NCBI GenBank assembly: GCA_027604505.1
Contig: JADIIX010000013.1
Coordinates: forward strand, 124,001-188,000
Reading direction: 5' to 3'
Source: Gonapodya sp. JEL0774
Taxonomy: Eukaryota
DNA length: 64,000 nt
Below the pieces are notes generated by a model. The model saw nothing but the letters and a program-made list of their open reading frames with translations. It had not been told where the DNA came from and did no database searches. The position numbers and the translations under genes were made by a program. The number at the start of each line of letters is the position of its first letter. Position 1 is the first letter of the stretch. Shown piece after piece: positions 22,960-35,567 of the stretch.

Positions 22960-25185
22960 ATGGTATGCCCGCTGCTTCAATCCCACGTCTGGATTAACGC
23001 CCCGTAACTCCCCCTCCCGTGTTCCCCGTCTTCAAGTTCCGCAACCAGTACGACTCAGATATCACCACATGGTCGCCGCAGGGAAGACTCTTCCAGATCG
23101 AGTACGCAATGGAGGCCGTCAAGCAGGGAAGCGCAGCGGTGGGACTCAGGTCAAACACCCACGCCGTGTTGCTCGCTCTCAAGGTGTGTATTCCCGTGCT
23201 CCCCTTGAGCGTTGCCCTTGTCCTGTCATCCCCGCTTGTTTTATTGATTCCTCTGCTCTCAAAATTTAATTTTTGGCTTGTTTTTTCCTACTCCCCCGTT
23301 TCCCCCGCTGTTGCATTCCCTCGTCCACCGCCTGTTGTGGGTTGCGTCCACCACCACCACCACCACCCCCTCCAGCGCTCCTCCGGCGAACTTGCCTCCT
23401 ACCAAAAAAAACTTGTCAAAATCGACGACCACATGGGCGTCGCCATCGCCGGACTCACCTCGGACGCACGCGTGCTCACGTGAGTTTTTGGTTTTGAGTG
23501 TGGGGATCGCGCTTCTTGGTTCTTGGTTTGCGTCGCGGTGTCGGTGTCGGTGTCGGTCAAGTCCACGGGACCCGTGTTTGTGCGGTGTGGGTGTGGACAC
23601 ATCCTCTCGTACTTGGACACACACTGACCTCTGGAACGGAACGGACCGTTTTCCGCGCCCTGCACGAGCTGGGCCACGACTTGCAACAACCGTCCTGACG
23701 CCACAACTTGGAACAACCGTCCTGACGCCACGACTTGGAACAATCGTCCTGACACCCTCTCCTCCCACCCCCGGTTCCCCAACCCCCCAACCCCTAGCAC
23801 CTTCATGCGCACTGAATCCATGCGCTCCCGTATGCTCTACGACCGCCCTTTACCGATCCACCGCATCGTGACCGCCATAGGCGACAAGGCGCAGGTCAAC
23901 ACGCAGAGGTACGGGGGGAGACCCTATGGAGTCGGACTCTTGGTCGTGGGGGTGGATGTGAGTTGGGGGGGTGGGTGTGGACGCGTGATGGAGGATGCGG
24001 GGGATGGACAAATTAGGGGGACATGGGGAATGGGGTTTGGGAGAGACTGGGAGGATCGGGGGTGATGTTTCATGGGGATTGGTTGATGGGTATTGGGGGA
24101 GTTGGGCGGTGGATGGGCAAAGAGGGAAGTTGGGACATTGGAAATGGACACGTCAGGTGTCCTGCGCCGCGGAGAACATCCTTAGCTCGTGCACACCCCT
24201 TTCACCGTCACATCATTACCCATACGCACCCCTAGGACGCCGGCCCCCACCTCTACGAATGCTCCCCCTCCGGCAACTTCTACGACTACGTGGCCATGGC
24301 CATAGGCGCACGGAGTCAGAGCGCAAGGACGTATTTGGAGAAGCACTATGCGGCGTTTGCGGAGGGTGGGTAAGGGGAGCCGTGGGCGGGGGGGTGCGGG
24401 GGACAGGGTTGGAGCGTGGGGAGGCGAGTGGTGTGCACTGTGACTTGGTGGTACAGAAGGGGTGGAACTGGACCAGAGGATCGGTCAGACATGCGTGCAC
24501 AGTGCGGCCGGTCCGTCGTTCCGTGCCGTGGGTCGGAACACCCCGGGTGCGTATCCCGAACCTGCTCTCCAACCTCGTCCCGCCCCATCTCCCACCTCCC
24601 CGACCACCCCCAGCCCCCCTCGACGACCTCATCCGGCACGGCCTGACCGCCCTCCGGGACACCCTCCAGCAGGAAAAGGAACTCACGGTGCTCAACACGT
24701 CGCTCGGGGTTGTGGGGAAAGAGGGCAAGTTTAGGATCGTGGAGGGGGAGGAGTTGAGGAGGTGGGTACTGCGGGGGGGAAGGGGGGGGGCAAGTGTCGA
24801 TTGGGAATGGGGAAAGGGAGAAAGGGGAAGGGGGATGTTTTGGCTGGAATATCGAGATCCGGGGGAGGGACTTTGGAGTGGTCGTCGTCGTGGTGTGTGG
24901 GATGGATATGTTTCTCTCACCGTGACTACGACCCGGCCTGACCTCTAACCCGCACACTCCCCACCCTCCTCCCTCCCCCCAACCCACACACACACAACCA
25001 GATACCTCGACCTCCTCGACTCCACCTCGGCGCCCTCCTCGACTTCCGGCGCAGGAATCACCACCACCGCAGGCGACGCGGCCATGGAGGACGCGGCGGG
25101 CGCACCGGTCGCGGGAGATCCGGCAGTGGCGGTGGACACGGCGGTGGAGGAGAGGACCGCAGGCGCGGATCGGATGGAGGAGTAG
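22960..25185 (+). CDS. PRE5: 20S proteasome subunit alpha-6 (Pre5/PSMA1), 7 exons
   Basis: ATG-only first coding exon, then [64 protein letters not shown] and [14 protein letters not shown]. Introns at 22963-23036, 23184-23375, 23480-23797, 23958-24235, 24366-24613 and 24762-25001. Confidence 0.97.
23673..23753. repeat. 27-bp minisatellite x3 in PRE5 intron 3
   Basis: gccacgacttgcaacaaccgtcctgac / gccacaacttggaacaaccgtcctgac / gccacgacttggaacaatcgtcctgac, head to tail with no spacers. Confidence 0.92.
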
Positions 25186-25674
25186 TGGGGGGTGGAAGGT
25201 GGGGGGGATTTGTTATTTGAAAAATACAAATGCAGAGTGCGGTTCCCACCATGTGCGTGTTGGCCCACGAGCGGGGTCGACAGGGGAAACCGGGAGCATT
25301 GTGTACGGTATGAACGAACGTGGACAGTGGTGTGCATGGTCTGTGACCCAACGCGAGCAGGTAAATATGCATTTGCGTATCCCAAACTTGGTAGTAGTGA
25401 GCCCACAAAAAAACGCTGCAAGACCGCCCCCCTTCGTACACACCCCGTCCCATATTATCGAAATGTGCTATGTGCGAGGGCGGAAGGATACTCCCACTCA
25501 ATCTGTGAATAAACTACACCCCCTTTGAGCGATTGGGCAACTGAACCAAACCTCAGCAAACCACCTCGGTGAAAAAAAAAAAAAAATGAAATGGTCCGCA
25601 GTCGCACCAAAGGGAGCAAAAGGCCCAAAAAAATCTCCGTCTTTCGCAGCCTGGGTATGCAGTAAGGTCTGAGA

Positions 25675-28600
25675 TTAAGCCTGCGCGTCTGCGTCCTCGT
25701 CTTCTCCTGCCCCTTCGTGCTTTTTTTTGGTAGAGGTGTTCGGGTGCGACTTGTCAACTACAGGACGCAACACAATACTGTGAGCCTCGAGCCAACGAGG
25801 CAGGCGTCCTCCACACAGTGAGTGGTTCTGAATAAAGGACACTCACTAATCTCCCCCAACGGCACAACATACGATTGCAGCCATAGCAACACATTGTCGG
25901 CCCGCTTGGTGTGCAGAGGGTAAGCGCGGAAGCTGGCGCCAGACGACGACGAGGAACTCGACGCGCCAGAGGGAGTAGATCCAGAGGTGCCACTTGAAGA
26001 GTGAGGGTGTGGAGATGGGGTGGTAGGCTTGTGCTTGGGGACGGAGGAATCGGCCGTTCTGGTGTGGTTGGGTTTGGTGGCAGAGGCGGAAGCGTGATCA
26101 TTGCCGTAACCGTTCACGTGAGCATTCGATAAAGATTGGGGTTTATTATCATGTACGTGACCATTCAATGAAGATTGGGCGCATGCAGGGGAGGAGGCAG
26201 GTGCAGGTGATTCATCGGTCGAAGTTGACGGAGGTGTATCGCCTGTGCGTTCAACCACGCCATTCATGGAACCGCTTATGGGATTCTCAGACGTGGCTTT
26301 CGACATTCCATCCCGTTCTGTGGCTCCGTTTGAAGTGCTGTCAAACGTGTCGGGTGGGGTGACACCCGCAGGATAAGGTGGTGTCCCTCCCCGCTCTGCC
26401 GCTGGTGGAGCACTAGCAGGGGTAGTTGCTTGTGTATCCTCCACTTCCTGTGTTTCCTTTCTCGCTTCAGAGGTCTCGTTGGCAACTGTCAAGATCGATT
26501 CCGTGCTCGTTTCAAGTCCACTCTCAAACTCTGACGTAGGCGTGACGGATCTCGAGCATACATCCGATTGTGGTGATGCTACGGTCCGCTCATCTTCGTG
26601 TTCTTTGACTGCAATTGCAAGGAGAGGCTTCGTGCGTGGCGGGATAGAAGATAATGCAGAGCGCGGGTTCGGTCGTGCAGCAGCCGCCCGCTTGTTCTGA
26701 CCAACAATGTTCTTCATGCGTGATAGGATCTCGACATAGTCAGCTGTGTGAATAAAACGGTTTAAATACAATAAGAACAATACAGTGCTGTACTGTTGTG
26801 AAGTCGTTAACTTTCCACTCACCTTGCGACATGCTCCGCGCAGGTAGGAACACAGGGTATCCCTCCACAACCTCAGCCATCTTGGTGGTCCGTTCGTGCC
26901 ATTGCATTGCCGTGTACCAGTCACCGAGGATTAGATAGTTGAGCCCGATAGCGTACCATGCCTCGACTAACAACGGGTGATAGGTCCCAAGGTTCGGAAG
27001 GTCGGTGGGTTTGTTTCCGGAAGCTGGCAGCTGAGCTTGAATCGCATGGGCCTGCGCCAATGATGCGGCGCTCGACGTCGAACTTCGAGGGATGAGTGCC
27101 GAAGCAGGGCTTGTTGAGGCGGGTCCAGAGGCTGGCAAAGATGGCGAAGCATCCGAAATGCTAAGTGACTGTGCAGGGATTGAGTGTAGAAACTCAGGAA
27201 AGGTGGTGGCCTGTGCAGTGTTGGTTGGAGCACTGTGCACCCTACCAACGGAGTCTGCAAGGGGGGTGGTGGGAGTAGTCGCGGGAGAAGCAGATGGTGC
27301 GGCGTTCTCCTCAGAAGCTAGGCGCGCCTCCTCTCGCATGGCGGGCATCGATGGGTGAAGAAATGGTGGTAGGCTGTTCGGAAAGAACGTGAGGAAATGG
27401 GCGTGGTCCCTAATCGACCGGCGGATGAGATGGGCGACCTGTGCACCCAAGGGCTCCAGAGCAGGACGATATGTCGCAGGTGGTGCCATCGCAACATCAC
27501 TAGGTAAGTACGATGTACTCGGGGTAAGCGTGGCCATGGTGTGGACCTCCTTTGCAGCGTTCCCCCCAGGAGGCATGTGCCCACCGCGGGCGTTTGGTCT
27601 TCCCCTCAACGCTGAAGATCCCACTACATCGCTCCGCCCGTCCATCTCATCCTGTTCTGCCGCTACCCCGTTCTTTTTCTTCCCTTTGCGTTTCTTGCGT
27701 ATTTTGACTGCCTCTGCCAAACCCAATACCAGCCGTTCATTTACTCCCCGCACAGCGCGGTCAATGAGGCTCACTGCAAATTGGTGGTAGCACGCTCCCC
27801 GCAAAAAATATAACTGGGCTTCACTGCATTCGTCAAGATCTTCGTCCCAATTCACGGGGTGCGGTAAATAGCGAGTATTTGTAGAGGGTTGGGTGGCGGT
27901 GTCTCCGACGACTCCCCCGGCCGACGCCGTACTTCCTCCACCACGACTTCGTTTCGTTCCCGTGCCTTCCCCAACGACACTTGTGTGAGCCGCTTTCTCA
28001 CACTCCGCTTGCGCCGCCTTCTTCCGCTTCCGTACAAGTTGCAGTGCCATGCGCCAATCTTTCAGCGCTTGAGGGAACTCCTCTCGAAATCCCCGCACCA
28101 TCGCTCGCGTACGGTAGTACTCCGCTACTGTGGGACTCTGCTGCACTATTCGGTCGAGGCCGTCGGTAGTGGTCGACGCAGCGAGCATTCGGGATGGAAT
28201 TTTTTCATGGAAAAAATGGACAAACATGGCGTCTGCAGAATTCGGGTTCTTCTTCAGGACCTAGCAAGCGTCCGTGAAAGTATCATAATAAAAGGGGAGG
28301 GGAAGTTCATTGAGGAACGATGTGCGACAGACACACCGCCTCAAGGGCTCAAATCTCCACAAACACTCACTTTCAGTCCAACATCGTCAAGAGCACTTGC
28401 ACTCTGCATTGTTAGCACACTTGTCGCCACTTCGTCTATTCGGTACGCCTTCGCTAGTTTTTGAACTGCAAGTTCCCGCAAACGGTGTTGCCTCAGATGT
28501 GATATCCGTTGAGAGCCAGTCACATGCGTGCCACCGAGACCGAGACCGAGAGGTCCCATCGGAATGCCGAGAGGATTGGAGGAGATACCACCACCAGCAG

Positions 28601-29165
28601 CTTTGATAACCTATCGACGAGGAGGGAGTTCATGTCGTGATAAGAGTGAAATTGATAATTGGAATCACAAAGCAGTAGTTATAGCGGCCAACATTGGGGT
28701 AAGGGATGGTCCAATCGGGTGAAGGCAGTGAGATAGTACGGAATTGTCACGGAAGTCCCAGGAGTTCATTTCCCAACTCTTTCGAACATCACGCACCAGC
28801 TCCGAAGCATCATCTACTAATTTCCTGATAGCGATCAAATTCCTGAATGTCTGTGGGTCGATTGGCGGCGGTCCTCCCTCCCCGAGACCAGGAGTTGGTG
28901 CATATTTTCCGGCAATGGGAATCGTAGCACTCTCGGCGTTGAGCAAGAACAGAGATTGCAGAAGGTCAATGGGAAGTGACAGCCAAGGTCCGTGGTACGA
29001 TGCGATATAAGGAAAGTGCTTGTTTCGTGAGATTTGTAGCGATTCAACATGCGCCGTCCCATCCTTCATCGATGTTGGCCCTGGGGCACTGGACGATGGC
29101 GATTCCATAGGAAACATTTTATGCTCCTGCGCTTGTGGTGCTGAAGCGCCGTTCGAGGCGACCAT
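25675..29165 (-). CDS. Conserved fungal protein of unknown function with TPR-like helices
   Basis: Blocks ISRNKH..YIASYHGPWL.LP, HRLRELAVQKLAKAYRIDEVATSV.TMQSASAL, FVHFFHEKIPSR, TYHPLL, GYPVFL.ARS..|ADYVE and YPLHTKRA resemble a recalled pan-fungal family. TPR-like segments YYRTRAMVR and LYFLRGACY. Confidence 0.72.
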
Positions 29166-29326
29166 GGACAATAGTATTTGACTTGCGAACGGAAAAGCTG
29201 GAGCTGGTTCGCATTGTTCAGACCAGCCAGGGAGTCACAAGTCCTTCCACCACAAATGCATGAAGTAACATTGTCCTAACCCTTCTGAGGTGCCTATTAT
29301 ACACAGTTTATTCTATATTTCTCTTG

Positions 29327-30532
29327 TTACTTATATTTCGTACGCATTTGGAAAGGAGTCAGCTGTGGTTTTAGGAACAGAGGGAATGATGTGCATCGCT
29401 TTCTGGTGACAAATGTCATCATGGAACTCACCGGCTTTCCTGAACCCACGACCCCGACCTTATGTCCCGGATCGTCTGTAGTCCTGAAGATGCTCTTCGA
29501 ATTGATAGGTTCGATCTTTTTCTTCTTCGTAGAATGCGCAAACTGTTGCCATCCTTTCGCCCGATCCGCTACCTCATCAGGTTTCTCCTTCCGCTCCTTC
29601 TTCGCCTTTTTCTTGAATTTTGCTTTCGAGTCCTTTGCTAAAGCTTTCTCCCCTTCCGCCACTACTTCCTCAAGGTCAACAGAAGCTGCCCTCTTCGCTG
29701 CACGCAAATCGTCCGCCGAACGCTCTTCAGTGTTACCGTACCCGCTGTACTTCACCTTATACACCCCTCGGCCAGAAGAATCCATTGATACATCCTCCAC
29801 TACAGCATCGTACCACTTGCCGTCCAAAGAGTATTTTGCCGAAACTGTCTGTCCTACTCGGTAACGTGTGGTCTCTAACTCCCCACCCTCCTCACTATCT
29901 GCATCTTCTTCATCATCCTCAAGACCGCGCTTCGTGCCTGAAGTAGTAGTCGCCGCTCCACCGGCACGAGATTTAGGACCGAGGAGGGCAATTAGGTCCT
30001 GAAGATCGGTTTTTAGCTTAAGAAGTTCTGAGAATGTGTTAACACAGCACCAATGTTCCGAGAAAGCGATGCATTAGGAGTTTCATTGCGGAGATGAAGA
30101 CAGCAAACTGGTTAGATGTGATTGACATCTGGAAGAAAGACTCCTCCTGAATCACCACGCCGCATCACAGATTCTAGTACCAGAAAAGTCCAGAGCTTAA
30201 AGCACTCTTTAGCATCTCCTTTTTTGGCCCCGGAAGTTGCCAAGAAAGCCGTCCTTACAGACGACCTTACAGAGAGCCGTTTGTTCAGTTCGGATATCAT
30301 GACGGGGGCGAACTCCCTTCGTCCAAGCTTGCTGCAGATCAAAGCAAACCTTGCATTTATGTCTTTCCTCGTGCCTTTCTGTCATTCGGCTGTGAAGGGC
30401 GCTTCCTGTTGACAAGAAAGAGAACCGCTCGAAGAATCCATGACACAACTCACCTGCATTGTTAGGATCCTTTTCAAGTGCCTCCGTTACTGTATCGAGC
30501 TGGTATTGGTACTCTTCTACGTCTTCCGCCAT
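29327..30532 (-). CDS. SPF30: Splicing factor SPF30 / SMNDC1 (Tudor domain)
   Basis: EEYQYQLDTV..AL..DP.N.|ELLKLKTDLQDLI, Tudor AKYSLDGKWYDAVV..YKVKYSGYGNTE, and C-terminal WQQF..SIFRT.D..KVGVVGSGKP. Intron 1 is 30028-30453 (426 nt). Confidence 0.92.
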
Positions 30533-30899
30533 CAGGGTTATGGTCGGTTTGCACGAGCAGGTTTCTGCTTCATGTGCGACTGAAACCCATCGCGCTCACT
30601 CACAAACTTTCAATCCCCGCCGCTCGTTTGTACGAGAGCTCTGACGGTAGAATCTTTTATTTACAGAGCTGCAAGGACAAGAGTGGCCTCGTGAAAAGTC
30701 AAACTTAAACTGAAGCCTGTGGGAGACCATACACGCGAAACCACTGACTCTGTCGCAACGCACCCCGTGAGAAATTGGAAGGCAAGGAGAGTTGGGGGCT
30801 AGATTTGTCGGCCCTAACCTACCACTGGTTTACCTGCCTCGTTGGGAAACGATCATAACCACCGTGCGAAACTGTCAGCCTAACGAGTCTCCAGCAGAC

Positions 30900-33869
30900 A
30901 TGGACTCGCCCCAGAAGCTTTGTTTAACTCATTTCGAAGTATCACCATCGCATCTTGCAGTGGAAGCTTCCCCTGGAATTATCACCGAGGGACGGATTGA
31001 TTCGCAAGTCCAACCAATCACACCTGTGACATTGGAGCAGAACCACATGAGGGATGATGACATTTTCTTGTCACATGATGAATGTGGAGAAAATGTGAGC
31101 AACTGCGCACCGGAGGAATCGGAGATCGACTTTGCGGACGAGTATTCCTTCACACTCGACTTTGAGGGTGAAGGCGAAGAGGAGATGGAGCAGCCTGTGA
31201 TTGATATCGGAGTTGGCAAAACAGATGACGAAGCGATCTCTGGGAATCTGATTTCTCTGAGAGGTTGCGGCTTCCATGCAGCGGACGAGCCAGTCCACTT
31301 TCAGCCTCCTCCATCGATCTTATTTTCTCAATCAGCGGGAGTTTCGATCACTTCCGCATCATCTCTTCAGGTGGTGCCTACTGAACTTGAACTAGACCCC
31401 GAGCCAGCTTTTGACTTGGCAGAATACCTAGGGCGTTTGGAACGTGAAGCTGGCTACGCACCATATGTTGAACCCATTGATCGGGATGGGAGTGAGCAAA
31501 AACCCATTATCTCAGTGAACGTCGAACAAGTTGCTCACACAGAAAACGCGGATAATGACTTCGCGACCGTCAGTGCTAGCGAATCGGAATTGGACACTGA
31601 ATTTGAACAAAAAGTTACTCTTCTCAACATCTACGACATCCGTGTGACTCAAAAAGCTCTTGCTGGTGAAGATGATGCCTTTGGTGAATCTTACATGGGA
31701 AGCGCAGGAATTAGTGGGAGGACCGAGAACCCCAGTGAGGATGACCTGGCAGGGTGGGGTAATGTGCATTTAAAAACCAAGTACGTGTCTATGATGCAGT
31801 CGCATTCGTGAAAAATGGTGAAGATGTTCCATTGGATCGATTTGGGCGGTGTTCATCACAATCAACTGTAAGATGTGGGAAACAGGAGGATGCCTTAGCA
31901 GCCGCCAACAATATTCTGATCTTGTCAATTGTGCTGCCTCACACTGCGCGATTGAGGAACTGATTGCATTATATGATCTCCCAATGCCGACAGATCTCGT
32001 TTTGCAAACCGTGTTCACACGCTGGCCTCCTCTTTGTTATCGTCTTTAGTGTCACGAGGAAATCAAGCACAATGCAATTTGGGGATTCTGAAAGGAGTTG
32101 GAATGAATTTGACTGATACCAGCAATGGTGATCCGAAGGAAGATGGCGAACACAGGGAAGACAGTGAGGAGATCCGAGATCAAGGATCAGACAGAGAAAT
32201 GGAAACACACGAGGGTTTCAAGCGAGCGGACACAACAACAATCGAACGGGGTGTCGCGAAAACTTTGCACGATGAAAACGTAGCGGTAAGCACGGGTTCC
32301 CAGAGGAAAGGGGAGAATGTGCTCGTTCTCTTTCCCCCCTTTTCTCGCTCCAACATCCGCAAGATCGGTAGGTCAATATTTTCATGTGTTTTTTTTAGCT
32401 TCATCATCATCAATCCTTCAATGCTCCCAGCCATCGTCTATCGGATCCTTAATCTCTCCCGCCTCCTACTGCTCTCGGGTCGCACTGCCACAACTCGTGA
32501 CGCATATTATCGTGACGTGAATCTTTTCGGATGCCAAGCCTCACTAGAGAGAGTAGGTGTTCCCCATTCCATCGATTGTACATGTAAGATCTCCGTTTAA
32601 TGCAGCAGCCATCTCCGCGCTTGAGTCCCTAGCGACAATTCTACACCTTGTTGGCCTTCCTCGTCACGCCCTTAACCTCCGAGCGTCTTCCAAAGGACTC
32701 TTAGCAGGAGCAGTGGAGTACATGACGCGCGATGGAAGAACCGTGAAAGGCCCCCAGACTGGCGAGGTTGCTACTTGCGACTTCTTTGGTAAAGCAATGG
32801 TTTACATAACAAAAACACCCTGTACTCCCTTAGCCACTCCTCATCCCGCCCCCAGAATCACTGTTGAGTGTACAGCTGCTCGCTCCTGTTTTATTGGTCA
32901 TTGAGAAGGAGGCAGTGCTGCGCTCACTTCTATCACTGGGGATAGGACGGTACTGCACATTAGTCACAGGTAAAGGTTACCCTGATGTTGCGACTAGGTG
33001 GTTCGTGCGAAAGGCAATCGATGATGGAGATTTAGAAGGAGGATTGGGGAAGGGTTTACGGAGGGCATCTGACCATATTCAAGAGAAGTGCTCGGTTCAC
33101 GAGTCTGACGAACGGGAAGTGGAAAACACGCCCAAGACAAAAGAAGCAAATGGGGATGAACAATGGGATTGTATTGAGAGCACGCGAGCAGACGAGACTT
33201 GTCCAGGTGCCCGGAGCAGCACAACACGTGTGGTCGCCTTGGTGGATGGTGATCCGCACGGATACGAAATTTACCTCGTGAGTTCATGTGAAGATCCTCA
33301 CTGAGGTCCCTGGCCCTACTCATGCTCCCTAAAAGACATACAAGTATGGCTCTGATGCGCTACGAGAGCACCGCGATGAACTGTCTGTACCATCTTTGGA
33401 GCTGGCTGGAATTGAATTCGCCGATCGTGAGCGGTAAGCAGTCCACCTTTATTTTATATGTGATTACGTTCTTCGTATAGGCGTTATTGGCATTCTGTGA
33501 AAGGTTTCACATTTCCGATGAATCACTGATTCCTCTCTCGGAACGTGACGAGAAGAAGGCACAGCAGTTATTACGGAGATCTCAAATAATGCTGGATACT
33601 GAGTTAGCGTGAGTACGTTTCACAAAGGCCCAGGATCACAAATCAAGTAGTATTATTGCCGGGCCAGCGAAAATCTCAAGGCGATGCTCGCAAGCGGCAC
33701 TAAAATCGAGCTACAAGCACTACAAGAAGCGAACGTCCACAACACAAAAGGTGAAGGATCAAGTTGGTTGATTGGGGACGTAGATCTCTTGAGGCAGTAC
33801 GTGGCGGTCAAAGTGCTTGGCGAACAATACGCCGGAACGCAACAAAGGTCTGCGGGCAGTACATCTTAG
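30900..33869 (+). CDS. SPO11: Meiotic Spo11 / topoisomerase VIA-like transesterase, with a probable long acidic N-terminal extension
   Basis: ATTRDAYYRDVNLF (catalytic Tyr), LNLRASSKGLLAG, LVIEKEA, LVTGKGYPDVATR, LVDGDPHGYEI..|TYKYGS, LSERD and K.ELQAL. The link to the 5' exon 30900-31781 is less certain. Confidence 0.9.
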
Positions 33870-33921
33870 CAATAAAACTGGCTAGATCGCTAATATTTGC
33901 GATAGATATGTCTGATGGTCG

Positions 33922-35417
33922 TTATTCGTAATGCAGTTGTGACGCTCGAACAAGAAGGAACTCCGTGCAATCGGTACATCGGATGTTATGTTCTGATTAT
34001 AGATTAAACAGTAAGGCGCGGCAACGCAACGGGTTAAATCGGTGCGTACGCCTATACTCACCTCGAATAACTACAGAGTACCCAAGTCGTTTCCAATCCC
34101 TGGCATACCTTAGAACTTGTCTCGCATCTTGTACCCGATTTCCGAAAGAATGAAGCTCGACAGCAATTTGTACCGGAAGAACTATTGGATTTGCGAGTAA
34201 TGTGCGGAACACCTGATGTTCCCATCCCTCGATGTCCTATTGTTGAAGAGAAAGAGCGAGTGGAGAACAGCGTTGGATGGAAAATGAGACGAACTCTTCG
34301 ATCAATGATTGGCGGTGCCGCGGCAACCTCAGGCTTACCATTTTTAAGATATCCACGGACGTGTGACCAAGTTCCGCGATAATGGATTCAAATGTACGAT
34401 ACATCTTCCCATTCTTTACACCAGAATTCTCCGAGTCACTGAGACACCACGGTCGAAAGTTCAACCAGTCATGAGATGATGGAAGGTTTGGATTTGTGCA
34501 ATCAAATGTCCAAATCTTCTCGAAGCCAAAAATCTTAGAACTTTGATGCCGGCAAGAGCTCATTGGAAGGCAATTCACCTCGCAGTTGCCTCCTGTCTCC
34601 GCATTTATTGCATCCTCGAAGCTAAAATCTCCATAACTTCCAAGCGAATAGATTATGCAAGGTTTGCCCTTCGGAACTTCACACAGCCTTATGGAACAGA
34701 GGACAGGAGTAAGCACTAAATCATACTACCGAAGAGTGAGATCTCACCATTTGCCCCCATCACCGTGAGTTGGTCGACGAGTGAGTCCATTTGGGTCACA
34801 TGCGAAGGTTGCAGGAACCAAGGAGTACAGGTCCCAGCCCTTGAGGGAGTTCGTAAGTACGAGTCGCAAGTTTAACACGTCAAACGTTTACCAACCCGGC
34901 CTGGCTGAACAATCGTTTGAATCTGTTCATCTGACATCGCCAATAACTCATCAACCACCTAGTACAATGGGCGAGAGGCAATCGGAGCAGATTGCGCGCG
35001 AGATGGATGAGGCGTTGACAGTGGGTCAAGTGCGTTAAAGCTTCTTCCGCTCAACACTTGCAGTAAACCCACGTGACTATAGTTTTCAGCAAAGAAGGCG
35101 CCCCAGCAAAGGTTTCGAGATTCGCGTGCGGAGTTGTTTTCGGCGATTTCGCGAAGGCAGTGAAGCACTTCCTCCACACTGTCTTTTGCAATACGCGTGA
35201 TTTTCTGCGTCCCTTCATTGCGAATGACTGTTTCATTAAACTGTAGTGGAACATTGACACTTCGAAGCGATGTCGTGTGTTCCATCGAATGCGGCAAGAA
35301 CCTGTTGCCGGAACCAGCATAGACAACAAAGAAGAACGTGATGGTTGCTGTACCTAAGAGCGTGAAGAAACGTCGTTCCGATGGCAGGCGGGTGATGAAT
35401 CCATAAGAACCATCCAT
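33922..35417 (-). CDS. Type II membrane SAM-dependent methyltransferase (Methyltransf_22/METTL24-like)
   Basis: N-terminal TM, then GDGGKW|LC, CIIYSLGS.GDFSFE, IWTFD, VDILKM|DIEGWE, QIAVELH and EHN..C..C.EF. Confidence 0.85.
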
Positions 35418-35567
35418 CTGATCAATGATAATATGCAAAACACGTATTCTGAGCTTGGGCAGTGCGGGACGTCCGCAACCACTACAAACGGGGTCTCACA
35501 ACGATTGCAATTTTGCACGTAAATTGCTCATGAAATACTATGTGATAACAAATTTCGGAACGCAAAA

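Noticed and set aside
23673..23753. CRISPR-like appearance of the 27-bp repeats
   Set aside because: No spacers, no cas genes, and it lies in a eukaryotic intron. It is a minisatellite.
30181..30200. GAAAAGTCC resembling the RNase MRP/P P4 5' strand
   Set aside because: No complementary 3' P4 strand or conserved terminal motif was found downstream.
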